A stretch of DNA of 64,000 nucleotides from Octopus sinensis (lineage: Eukaryota), in NCBI RefSeq assembly GCF_006345805.1, contig NC_042999.1:142662001-142726000 (forward strand), written 5' to 3'. The notes beneath the pieces are model-generated. The model made no database searches and was not told the origin of the DNA. It worked only from the letters and a program-made list of their open reading frames with translations. The translations under genes were made by a program, and so were the position numbers. Below, in pieces: positions 11,740 to 22,675 of the stretch. Each line of letters opens with the position of its first letter. The stretch's first letter is position 1.

Positions 11740-12179
11740 CTATATTTTTAAATGTCTTACTTTGAAAAATTGCATTCGGTGGGAATTAGTAATATTTTTG
11801 GTAGAAATGACTGATTGTCCTCCCTAGCGTTTTGCATGTATATATAATGCCCTGGCTCTGGCATGTATGTATAATTATGCCCTCTATATATAATTAATAT
11901 GTTCAATAAGAAATAATTATTTTCGAAATTTTTTCTCTTATGAGGTTTTTACGCTATCTACCTGACAATTTCTGTTAAGTTTTCCTTATTAAGTAGTTGT
12001 CCTTAATTGCAAAATTTTTATTCCGAAAAAACTTTTCCTCTCCCGAAATGCAATTTTGTAAAAGTTTGCCACTCACCCGGATGTATATATATAAACTCAC
12101 CCATGTGCTTCGTTGAGTTGATCAGTTAGCTGTTCGGCTTAAGCGAGGCAGGGTCGTTGTTTTATTATAATACATTCAG

Positions 12180-12223
12180 GCCTGCTGATGATTACGTAAG
12201 TATGAAATCACTGTGATACAGGC
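12180..12223 (+). ncRNA. Type I hammerhead ribozyme, array unit 2
   Basis: Identical 34-nt core at 12185-12218 with a 5-bp stem I. Confidence 0.75.
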
Positions 12224-12666
12224 TATATTTTTAAATGTCTTACTTTGAAAAATTGCATTCGGTGGGATTAGTAATATTTTTGGTAGAAATGACTGATTGT
12301 CCCTCCTAGCGTTTGGCATGTATATATAATGCCTCCTGGCATGTATGTATAATTATGCCCTCTATATATAAATTAATATGTTCAATAAGAAATAATTATT
12401 TTCGAAATTTTTTCTCTTATGAGGTTTTTAACGCTATCTACCTGACAATTTCTTGTTAAGTTTTCCTTATTAAGTAGTTGTCCTTAATTGCAAAATTTTT
12501 ATTCCGAAAAAACTTTTCCTCTCCCGAAATGCAATTTTGTAAAAGTTTGCCACTCACCCGGATGTAATATATATAAACTCACCATGTGCTTCGTTGATGT
12601 TGATCAGTTAGCTGTTCGGCTTAAGCGAGGCAGGGTCGTTGTTTATTTATAATACATTCAGGCAGG

Positions 12667-12706
12667 CTGCTGATGATTACGTAAGTATGAAATCACTGTG
12701 ATACAG
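12667..12706 (+). ncRNA. Type I hammerhead ribozyme, array unit 3 (weakened stem I)
   Basis: Identical core at 12670-12703; stem I reduced to 3 contiguous bp by a local indel. Confidence 0.65.
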
Positions 12707-13142
12707 GCCTATATTTTTAAATGTCTTACTTTGAAAAATTGCATTCGGTGGGATTAGTAATATTTTTGGTAGAAATGACTGATTGTCCCTCCTAGCGTTT
12801 GGCATTTATATAATGCCTCCTGGCATGTATGTATAATTATGCCCTCTTATATAAATTAATATGTTCAATAAGAAATAATTATTTTCGAAATTTTTTCTTA
12901 TGAGGTTTTTACGCTATCTACCTGACAATTTCTTGTTAAGTTTTCCTTATTAAGTAGTTGTCCTTAATTGCAAAATTTTTATTCCGAAAAAACTTTTCCT
13001 CTCCCGAAATGCAATTTTGTAAAAGTTTGCCACTCACCCGGATGTAATATATAAAACTCACCCATGTGCTTCGTTGATGTTGATGATCAGTTAGCTGTTC
13101 GGCTTAAGCGAGGCAGGGTCGTTGTTTATTTATAATACATTC

Positions 13143-13190
13143 AGGCCTGCTGATGATTACGTAAGTATGAAATCACTGTGATACAGGCCT
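13143..13190 (+). ncRNA. Type I hammerhead ribozyme, array unit 4
   Basis: 7-bp stem I AGGCCUG/CAGGCCU enclosing the core at 13150-13183. Confidence 0.8.
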
Positions 13191-13621
13191 ATATTTTTAA
13201 ATGTCTTACTTTGAAAATTGCATTCGGTGGGATTAGTAATATTTTTGGTAGAAATGACTGATTGTCCCTCCTAGCGTTTGGCATGTATATATAATGCCTC
13301 CTGGCATGTATGTATAATTATGCCCTCTATATATAAATTAATATGTTCAATAAGAAATAATTATTTTCGAAATTTTTTCTCTTATGAGGTTTTTACGCTA
13401 TCTACCTGACAATTTCTTGTTAAGTTTTCCTTATTAAGTAGTTGTCCTTAATTGCAAAATTTTTATTCCGAAAAAACTTTTCCTCTCCCGAAATGCAATT
13501 TTGTAAAAGTTTGCCACTCACCCGATGTAATATATAAACTCACCCATGTGCTTCGTTGATGTTGATCAGTTAGCTGTTCGGCTTAAGCGAGGCAGGGTCG
13601 TTGTTTATTTATAATACATTC

Positions 13622-13669
13622 AGGCCTGCTGATGATTACGTAAGTATGAAATCACTGTGATACAGGCCT
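13622..13669 (+). ncRNA. Type I hammerhead ribozyme, array unit 5
   Basis: 7-bp stem I enclosing the core at 13629-13662. Confidence 0.8.
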
Positions 13670-14249
13670 ATATTTTTAAATGTCTTACTTTGAAAAATTG
13701 CATTCGGTGGGATTAGTAATATTTTTGGTAGAAATGACTGATTGTCCCTCCTAGCGTTTGGCATGTATATATAATGCCTCCTGGCATGTATGTATAATTA
13801 TGCCCTCTATATATAAATTAATATGTTCAATAAGAAATAATTATTTTCGAAATTTTTTCTCTTATGAGGTTTTTACGCTATCTACCTGACAATTTCTTGT
13901 TAAGTTTTCCTTATTAAGTAGTTGTCCTTATTGCAAAATTTTTATTCCGAAAAAACTTTTCCTCTCCCGAAATACAATTTTGTAAAAGTTTGCCACTCAC
14001 CCGGAAATATATATAAACTCACCCATGTGCTTCGTTGATGTTGATCAGTTAGCTGTCATTTGCGGAGCAGTTTGTTGCGTTTTGCGTTGTGAGAAATTTG
14101 CTGCTGCTTTTAAGAGAATTCGAAGTTATAATATCATTGTTTGTGTAAACTGTTCTGAACAGTACCCGTCGTAAACGATAATTTTCGCCCTACGGGGCAG
14201 AAAATTTTGTTCTAACCATATTCTTGTTACCTAAAGGTAACCTTCAGAG

Positions 14250-15672
14250 ATGGAGTTCGACCTAACGTCGAAGGAAGACTTTCCCGTGATGGGAAAAGGT
14301 GAAAAAGAGGAAAACCCAGTACCCAGGCAATCATTCTCGGCCGCGGTGGGCGGCGCCATGTTGGAGATAGAATTCAAGATTGAACAACTGTACGAATATA
14401 GGAATTTGGTAAAACTAGAAGGAGGAGAAATAAGGCTTGTGCCGCCGCAAGCGAAGGTGCAAGAAATTAAGGAAAAGATCGTAATCTATAAAGTGTACAA
14501 CTTTAAAGAAAAAAAGATCATGGAAGTAAAAAACGAAACCGTTGAGAAATGCTTGGCCCCGGTGTGGGATAAAATTCGCCATATAGTGAGAGGTGCACGA
14601 AGTGCCACGATCGAAGCACACTTTGACACGGCAGAGGTGGCGAAGGAGGTGTCGTCGTTGACCCTTAAAAACGACGACATCATGCTGCTACCCTCGTATA
14701 TGGGGAAGAGAACCGCAAAGGTAACGGTTGAAGACATACCCAGAGGATACGACACCATGTGGGTAGCAGCGGCGGTCTTACATGATGTAGAACGCGAAAT
14801 GAACATACTGCAAATGAGAAGGAAGGAAGCGGTACGTTGGAGGGGTCAGACTCTGGAGCTCCTCGTACAGGCAGAGAACAAGATCTTGGAGAGCCTGCCT
14901 GACAGGATTTTTAACGAGGATGGCACGTCCATGAGAGTGTCGGTGGAAGGACGAAGACCCAGATGCTTCAAGTGTGGAGAAAAGGGTCACGTCCGTTCCA
15001 ATTGCATCAGGAAAAAAAGAACAGAAGATGCGGCCCCTCCAAGTGTACCCAATGCGGAGGGAGAGGAAGCTAAGAAGAACAACAAAACGACCAAGACAAA
15101 TACGGAAGCAAAAATAGACCAAATAGAACCGATGGAATACACCCAAGTTACGCACAAAAGAAAAAAGAAAATACCCTGGACTCCCCTCCCCAAACAAGGA
15201 AAAAAACAACTAGCACTACAGACACACACATTAAGCAAATCCCCCAACCCTACCCCCATGGCACTGTTTTCATTGGAAAACAGTTTGCCAACCCCTCCCC
15301 GTAAAACAAGATCCTAAAAAATGTTTATTGAAAAACGAAAAAATAATTGCGTTTGATGAAAAAAACGAAAAAGTTTACAAATGCTGCAAACTGTCGAGGT
15401 TCATGCTGTATAGCAGAACCTCAGATGGAAAAGCAATTGCGCGCTTCGCCAAGGTAGGCGAGAACGAATGGAAGGAGGAGGTTCTTCAGGAACACCTGAA
15501 GAACCGCCTAATAAGAGATGTCACCAAAGAGGTGTTAGAAGGAAAACTAACAATAACCCCGGCAACCACACCAACCCAGAGCCCAGTGGCAACGCCGGTC
15601 AAAAGCCCTGCAGTAGCGGAAGAAAGGGAAGCAGGCAAAATTAGACCGCCGTGCTCCCTTTCACAAACGTGA
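14250..15672 (+). CDS. Tx1 copy B ORF1 (gag-like, CCHC zinc knuckle), one frameshift near 15303-15306
   Basis: ATG at 14250; knuckle CFKCGEKGHVRSNC. Removing one A from the run at 15303-15306 joins ORF 14250..15317 to ORF 15328..15672 (RKQDPKKCLLKNEK...). Confidence 0.8.
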
Positions 15673-15700
15673 GTATAGTTATTTCTCTCCCTCGCTCACA

Positions 15701-18700
15701 ATGGCCAAGCTGGGCTGCCTAAACATACGTGGAATGGGGTCGAAATGGAAACAAATTTGTTTCCTGAACGACCTCACGACACAAGGTATAGATGTTGCTA
15801 TCGTAACCGAGTCCAAGATGAGCGAGACCCAAGCGTTCTCACCTCTTCTAAATGGTTTCGAGAAATTTATTTCTCCTAGCCGAGGAGGAGGAAGAGGCGT
15901 GGCAGTCTTCATCAGGAAGAGCTTGGACCTGCAGGTAAGTACTGTCTTTCTGGACCCAGAAGGCAGGCTGGTTGTCCTGGATGTGACTCACGCAAGTAAA
16001 CAGTCCTTCAGGTTGGTAGCTGTCTACGCCCCGAACGAGGGTAGACAGACGGTTTTCTTTCGAAGCCTGGAGCCCTTTCTGGCGACGTCGAAAACAGTAA
16101 TACTAGTAGGGGACTTTAACACTGTCCTTGAAGCGCACATCGACAGTGTTGGCTCAACTAATAGGAAGGGGAATCCTAGCCTCAAGGGTCTACTAGAGAG
16201 CTTTGATCTAGTGGACCGTTACCGACTGGATGAGCCGAGCGTTCCACAGTGGACGTGGAGTAACTACGACGGCTCACACAGATCGTACCTAGATAGGATA
16301 ATTATAAAAAAAGAGATAAGGATACGTTTAGTTGTCCACAATTTCATATTGTACCTTACTCGGATCACAAGTTTGTGACGTGTGAGGTGCAATTAGACAA
16401 GTGTCATAGACAGGGACCCGGGTACTGGAAGCTGAACAAGGCTATTTTGAATTGTGAAGACTTCCGTACCCGGATTAAGGAGTTAGTTCAGAGGGCATTG
16501 TGCGGCACCGTCATTAACAATAGATGGTGGCACGCCCTCAAAAGAGCCATTCGATTAGAGTCCGTTAGATTTAGCAATCAGATAAGGACAGATAGAGCTA
16601 GTCTAGAGGGCGATTTAGTTAAGAATCTAGACGAGGCAATGGAAGCTGGCTCTGCATCCGGAGTACTCTGGCGGCAAGGACGGTATTGTACCGACACCTT
16701 GACTCCAAACACGAAGGTTGCAGAGTCAGAGCTAAGCTGCGCGCCGGGAAACGAGAAGGTGTTAACGTAGCCGGATGGGCCCGTCGTGTGGAGAGTAAGA
16801 GAGGCAACAGAGCCTCAATAAAATCTTTGACTGGCGAACAGGGACAAAAGATCTATGGACAGGAGGAGATGCAAAAGTTTCTTCACCAGCATTTCGCGCG
16901 CGCGTTCGGGGGTGGTGGCCCGCTGGACCGGGGGAGTGCCTTAAGGGACTTCCTGGCCGGCGGGCCGCGGCTCGCGGGGCGTGAGGCGGAGTGCTGTGAA
17001 GGAGCGATCACTCCCGCGGAAATAAGGGAAGTGCTGGCCGAGTGCGCCGGGGAGAAATCGCCGGGGCTGGATGGTCTGCCCTACGAGTTTTACCAAAATA
17101 TGCCGGATTTGTTCGGGGGAATACTGGCAGGCGTCTACACGAACTGGCAGCAGAACGGGAGAATTCCCAGTTCTGTAAGCCGGGGAGTGGTGACGCTAAT
17201 CCAGAAAGACCCGAGCAAAGGGGATATGATTAGTAACTACAGGCCCATAACTCTACTTAATGTAGAGTTAAAGATTTTGGCCAAGGTGTTAGCAAAAAGG
17301 TTGACGGTTGTCGTGGAGAACTTGTAGGGAGAGCACAGACATGTGCAATTCCAGGCAGGTCGATCCAGGACACCTTCACCTTATACGCTACACCTTAGAT
17401 AGGGTGGGTAAAGTAACCGGCAAAGGTGGGGTAATGGTCCACTTGGACCAAAGTAAAGCCTTCGATAGGGTAGACCATGGGTACCTGGCGGCGGTCCTCG
17501 AAGCGACCGGACTGGGTCCCGAATTCCGCGGGTGGATCTCCGCTATGTACAGCGGCATCAAGTCCACCGTCCAGATAAACGGTTACCTAACAGAACCGTT
17601 TTCGATCGAATGTTCAGTACGTCAGGGGTGCCCCTTGTCACCACTTTTGTACGTATTGGCTCTCGAGCCACTACTGCGAAGGTTGGAGAGGCTGGGGAGT
17701 AACTCAGATGGAATCGGAGGTGGGAGGTCGGTCACTGCCTATGCGGATGACATCACCCTCATCGTGTCCAAGGAGGCCCAACTACCTGGTGTAGAGGAGG
17801 CTATCAGAGGATACGAGGCGGTGGCAGGAGCAAAGGTTAACAGGGACAAATCGGTCGGCTTGCGCCTCGGCACCTGGAGGAACAAGCCGATATTGTCCAG
17901 TGTTGTGGGACACTGGACGGATGGCCCTGTTAAGTTGCTGGGAGTCTGGTTTGGACCGGACTCCCAAACGGAGAAGAACTGGAGCGAGGTGACGGGCAAG
18001 GTGGAGGCCATAATACGGACCTGGTCCGGAAGGTCTCTGTCCTTGAAAGGAAGGGCGGAGGTGGCGCAGATGTTTATTGCATCCGTAATCACCTACCGCC
18101 TGACCGTCGTCCCTTGCCCCGACTCATGGCTTAACAAGTTGGAACGAGCCCTCTTCCGCTTTTTGTGGAAAGGAGGAAAGCCACTTGTGAGACGCTCCGT
18201 GTGCTGTCAAGAACCGTTAAAGGGTGGGTTAGGGATGCCTTGGTTAATGATGCGCAGACATGCGTTGAGACTAAGACATCTCTGGCACCACCTGGAAGGT
18301 GATAAGGTGTGGAGTCCGTTGGCAGAGGGATTTTTTCCGAGACCGGCCTCCTTAGTTAATTTTAAACCCGGTTACATCAGAAGATGCAATCTGACTCCAT
18401 GGCAAAAGGAGTGCCGACAGGCACTCACGCTGATCCACAGGACGGGCAAGGCCGGCTGCGGAAATACCACCTCGGTATTTTATAGAGGGCTGGTAGAAGG
18501 TAAAAACGATGACGCCCTAGGAGGGGCTCTGGGGTTTGATGAAAACCAGCTTGCCAATCTGTTTAAGAAAACGTTCAGGTCGGGGTATTTGGATAATTTC
18601 CAAAGATCCCTGGCTTGGCAGTGCTACAGGAATGCTTTACCTGTTCGCGAAAAGTTATCACGGCACGGAGTTCCAGTGCCACCGACGTGTCAAAGATGCG

Positions 18701-19089
18701 GGCTGGACGATGAAACCGTTCAGCACGCTTTTTTTCATTGTCGGAAGTTGAACGACTTGATAAGTTACGCAGAACACGTGTTATCGCATCTGGGACGAGT
18801 ACAGCTGTCGGCTGAGTCTATGATTAAGATGATACCGCCAACTGGACTCTCGAAGGAAGGTGAGGCATGTTTTCACTGCACGGTTGCAGTGGTAAAGGAA
18901 TGCATGTGGAGAACGAGAATGGAAGGAACCGCGACAGGGTCATTTGTCTCCGGGCCCGGCTTGCTCACCTACTTCAGATATCATCTGAGAAGCAAGATGG
19001 GACTGGAGAGGAGGACCCTGCCGCGGGGAGTGTATGCGAATAGATGGAAGGAAGTGGAAAGAAAGGTGGGTACGAGAAGGCCAGCTTGA
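15701..19089 (+). CDS. Tx1 copy B ORF2 (APE-RT-CCHC), three frameshifts
   Basis: APE motifs MAKLGCLNIRG, AVYAP, GDFN and SYLDR; RT motifs PGLDGLP, NYRPITLLN, RQGCPLSP and YADD; zinc finger CQRCGLDDETVQHAFFHC. Frame changes near 16310, 16680 and 17320. Confidence 0.9.
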
Positions 19090-19331
19090 CCATGGAGGAG
19101 AGAGAGGAAGTGGAAGCTGCAGGGCCTCAACAATTGCCGGGGTGTGAAAGCTCCAGTATAATCACAAAGGTCAGCTACAAGTGTTTGTAACACTAGTTAC
19201 GCAAAAACTATTACTTATAACGAATACAAACGAAACTTTTTTTAATCGATTCTCTTAAATTTTCTTGTATGTATGTATGTCCTGTATTCGTCCTTTCTAT
19301 GTATTAATTTTTATAATTGTAATAAAGAAAG

Positions 19332-19588
19332 TGTTGATCAGTTAGCTGTTCGGCTTAAGCGAGGCAGGGTCGTTGTTTATTTATAATACATTCAGGCCTG
19401 CTGATGATTACGTAAGTATGAAATCACTGTGATACAGGCCTATATTTTTAAATGTCTTACTTTGAAAAATTGCATTCGGTGGGATTAGTAATATTTTTGG
19501 TAGAAATGACTGATTGTCCCTCCTAGCGTTTGGCATGTATATATAATGCCTCCTGGCATGTATGTATAATTATGCCCTCTATATATAA

Positions 19589-19591
<3 letters not shown>
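19332..19591 (+). repeat. Hammerhead array, right part (rest of unit 6 and terminus)
   Basis: Resumes exactly at the TSD, ends in the same gtatgtataat...tatataaat segment with which the direct array starts, then runs into (AT)n. Confidence 0.95.
19394..19441 (+). ncRNA. Type I hammerhead ribozyme, array unit 6
   Basis: 7-bp stem I enclosing the core at 19401-19434. Confidence 0.8.
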
Positions 19592-19630
<39 letters not shown>

Positions 19631-19634
<4 letters not shown>

Positions 19635-21060
19635 ATAATTTAAGACCCATTATGCTAAACTATAGTTAGGTTGTCAAATGGAAGCTTAGTGAATGAACAA
19701 GACGAGAAAGGAAAACAAAAAATGTAATGACTGCATTTAGAACACACCATTGCTTAAAGATTACATTTATCACGTATACGGAAACGCGGGACTATGAAGA
19801 TTTCTAATAAAAAGAAAAGGGAAGCTGGTACAAAATAGCCACAACGCACGAACAAACAAAAGTCTTTTTTCTGTCTTCCTCGAATGCAACAAATATAGAG
19901 ACAGACAATTGCGAGGAAAATAGAGAAACAACAACAGAGACAATAAAAACAACTAAAAGCTAAACTGAAAATGGGATTACAAAATGCCGTGCTTAAAGGT
20001 AGGCAAGAAAATCCCCTGCATGGCCAGTAACTGACAAGGAGTAGGCGTGGCTGTGTGGTCAGAAAGTTGCTTTGCAACCACCTGATTTCGGGTTCAATCT
20101 CACTGTGCGCACCTTGAGCAAGTATCTTCTACTATAACCTGGACTGATCAATACTGAGTGAATTTGGTGAACGGAAATGGTGTGGAAGCCCATCGCGCGC
20201 ATGTGTGTGTATGTGTGCGCGTGTGTATGTGTGTGCGCGTGTGTGTGAGTGCGTGAGTGTGTGTGTGTGTCTGTGCTCGTGCGCGTCTTTGTGTTTGTCC
20301 GCACCACCAACGCTTGACAACCGGTGCCGGTCTGTTTACGTTCCTGTAAGTTAGTGGTTCGGCAAGTACTGGAATCGATTATTCGACTTAACTCTTCGAT
20401 GCCCTAGTATGGCCGCAGTCCAATGAATGAAACAAGTAAAAGATAAATATCATTAATAAAAAAAGTAGGACAGCAAAATCCGAGAATTAAAAAAATTCAG
20501 TACTGTTTGAGAAGAGCAGAATTCAAAGATGAATCCAAAAGATTTTTGATCATGACACAAGACCAAACTACCAATACCATATAAGGATATAGAACACCAT
20601 AAGTAACTATAAAAGGAAACTCAGTCTGTCAACGACCTAACACTACTGCTTGGCTCTTGTAATGCCTGTAGCAGAGTCCATTCAAGAATGTGAACCAGAT
20701 CACCCATGTGAATAAAATTCAATATTAGATGTGCTACTTCCTATTGCATACACCAATTGTTACTTCTTGCTTACGCAGCTACCCCCCCCCCTACCAGTTT
20801 AGAAATCTTGAAAAAGATTATGGGTGCTGCTCTTTCTCCTTTGGCTCATTCATAAGAAATATGGGAAAACCGGTAATAGTATACAAAGCACATACAACCT
20901 TAAACCTAACACAGTAATAATAATATGGAAGCAAGATTAATGTCCTCATATATAGATGAATACAGTAGCTTAAAACAAATGACGGAAAAAATTAAACAGC
21001 AGCTTGGAGAGATAAAGTTTATATACATTTAAGACGGACAAACCAGCAAAATATTATACA
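19631..21060 (+). pseudogene. R4/Dong LINE remnant, right part (interrupted ~19755-20470)
   Basis: INNLRPIMLNYS*VVKWKLSE*TRRERKTKNVMTAFRTHH at 19631-19750, then EFKDESKRFLIMTQDQT (ETEGF..AQDQ motif) near 20520. Confidence 0.65.
20040..20450 (+). mobile_element. tRNA-derived SINE family A with internal (TG)n
   Basis: A-box tggctgtgtggtc, B-box gggttcaatctc, internal microsatellite and 3' tail gaaacaagtaaaagataaa. Confidence 0.8.
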
Positions 21061-21449
21061 CTATAAAGCATAGCATAATCAAACAAGTTAATTGTAAACA
21101 AAATCGAACACACATACATAGGGTATGAGTGGTGTTAGTTCGTGGAAAAAAATTCAAATATGAATTAGAAGCAGCTCGAAGTATATAAACAAAATCGAAC
21201 ACGCATACACAAGATATGTGTGTTGTTAGTTTGTGCGTCAGCTGCGGTTTTTAGGCGTAAGAGAAAATAGTCTCAATGCGCCTGATGTAAAAACACACCT
21301 GAAAGTAAGTCACAGTCAAGCGAGTCAACTCACTTAAGTCCCTTCTCAGAGCGACAGACGTCAATGTTTCATCATTGCTGCGACTTATCAATGTCGCATA
21401 CCGAACAAGGCCCACTGCAAGCCATATTGCCGATTATAACTATATACTA

Positions 21450-22250
21450 AATGGTTCAGACACCATCTACCGGCATGTCCAGCGAGAGAGAAACAACTTC
21501 AAAAAAATCTCAATTGGAAACAAAAGATTCAACGGGAGATAAATTGTAAGAAAGCTTAAAGTTCAATACAAACAGGATATAAAACAATAAACTAAACGCT
21601 GACATTTAAAGCATTGAGTGACTTGAGAAATGAACCAAGTAGCTGAAACGAAATTAAATGTTTCAAGAAGATAAACGAAGTCGTTATAAAAAAAAATGTT
21701 AAACGAAGTCTTTCCAAAAAAAAAAAAATTGATAAAGTAACAGTAGAAAATCTACTAAACAAAAAAAATTTGGGGGAAGACATGGGAAAACGTTTATGGC
21801 GGAGGTGAATATAGGAAAGAAAAAAAAAACTTTAAAAAAATGCAAAAGAAAAATTAAATCACGTGAGGCTAAAAATGGGAAAACATCATGACAGAAGGCT
21901 TAATGAAAGTCATGGGAGAAAATTACCTGGAGTAGACAAAATCCAATATTTATGGATACCACATCAACATGTTTAACACCTGTGTATGGTTAAATGCGTT
22001 AATAAAATAATAAGGTAGCCATTTCACATAGCAGAGTTGAGAGATTGACGGAAAGGAAAATAATTCTCCTATAAAACACCAAAGAAGCGGAGGATCCTAA
22101 GAACCAAAGACTAATCACATACCTAACTCCAATAAAACCATAATTCTGACATTAAGTTACACGGCATTTCAACATCACCAACAGAAACAATCTAACTGGA
22201 AAACAGAAGAATTACAAGAAAGAGCTCATATGGATGTAATGCAATATTAG
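21450..22250 (+). pseudogene. R4/Dong LINE pre-RT/RT N-terminal remnant
   Basis: Degenerate K.PG.D.I..W and PKN.R.IT.L motifs; heavily decayed. Confidence 0.45.
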
Positions 22251-22258
22251 AAGAATGT

Positions 22259-22675
22259 AAGGCGGTGAGCTGACAGAATAGCACGTCGAGCCAATTGCTT
22301 AGCGACATTTCGTCCTCAGACACTATGCTCTGAGTAGATTCCTCCGATGTCGACTTTGCTTTTCATCCTTGTAGGGTCGATAAAATAAGTACCAGTAGAA
22401 CACTGGGGTTGATGTAATTTTGCACTCCCTCAAAATTGCGGTCCTGGTGTCGACATTTTAAATCTACATTAGAAGATTTAGCACGCCGGGCAAAATGCTT
22501 AGCAGTATTTCATCCGTCTTTACCTTCTGACTTCAAATTCCGCCGAGGTCAGCTTTGTTTTTCATCCTTTCGGGGTCGATAAAATCAGTACCAGTTGAGT
22601 ACTAGGGTTGATGTAATCGACTTACGTCTTCCCTAAAAAATGCTGGCATTGTGCCGAAATTTGAAATCAGTATTA
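22259..22675 (+). mobile_element. Two adjacent tRNA-derived SINE family B copies
   Basis: aaggcggtgagctg...ttagc...aaattccgccgaggtc...ggggtcgataaa...agtaccag motif set, present twice. Confidence 0.8.

Larger units (their letters stand above)
11316..14056 (+). repeat. Hammerhead-bearing ~480-bp tandem array, left part (inverted 64-bp segment plus units 1-5 and most of unit 6)
   Basis: Near-identical units with CUGAUGA cores at 11701, 12185, 12670, 13150 and 13629. 11316-11379 is the reverse complement of an internal unit segment. (AT)n lies immediately to the left. Confidence 0.95.
14057..19331 (+). mobile_element. Full-length Tx1-clade non-LTR retrotransposon, copy B (5275 bp)
   Basis: 5' UTR, ORF1, ORF2 and a 3' UTR ending in AATAAA (19321-19326). 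Perfect 18-bp TSD TGTTGATCAGTTAGCTGT at 14039-14056 and 19332-19349. Confidence 0.96.

Noticed and set aside
13622-13669. C/D box snoRNA (UGAUGA plus terminal stem)
   Set aside because: There is no CUGA box D before the 3' stem and it is too short for guide elements; the hammerhead topology explains every nucleotide.
11377-14056. CRISPR array or ordinary satellite
   Set aside because: There are no unique spacers and the units are ~480 bp in eukaryotic context. The invariant ribozyme core, inverted end and insertion into a LINE argue against a passive satellite.
14039-14056. Tx1 target site as a U2 or other snRNA-like sequence
   Set aside because: Resemblance is limited to a short atcagtt word; the site is simply part of the repeat unit.
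15328-15672. Independent third ORF between ORF1 and ORF2
   Set aside because: It has no ATG start and is explained by a one-base frameshift of ORF1 in an A-run.
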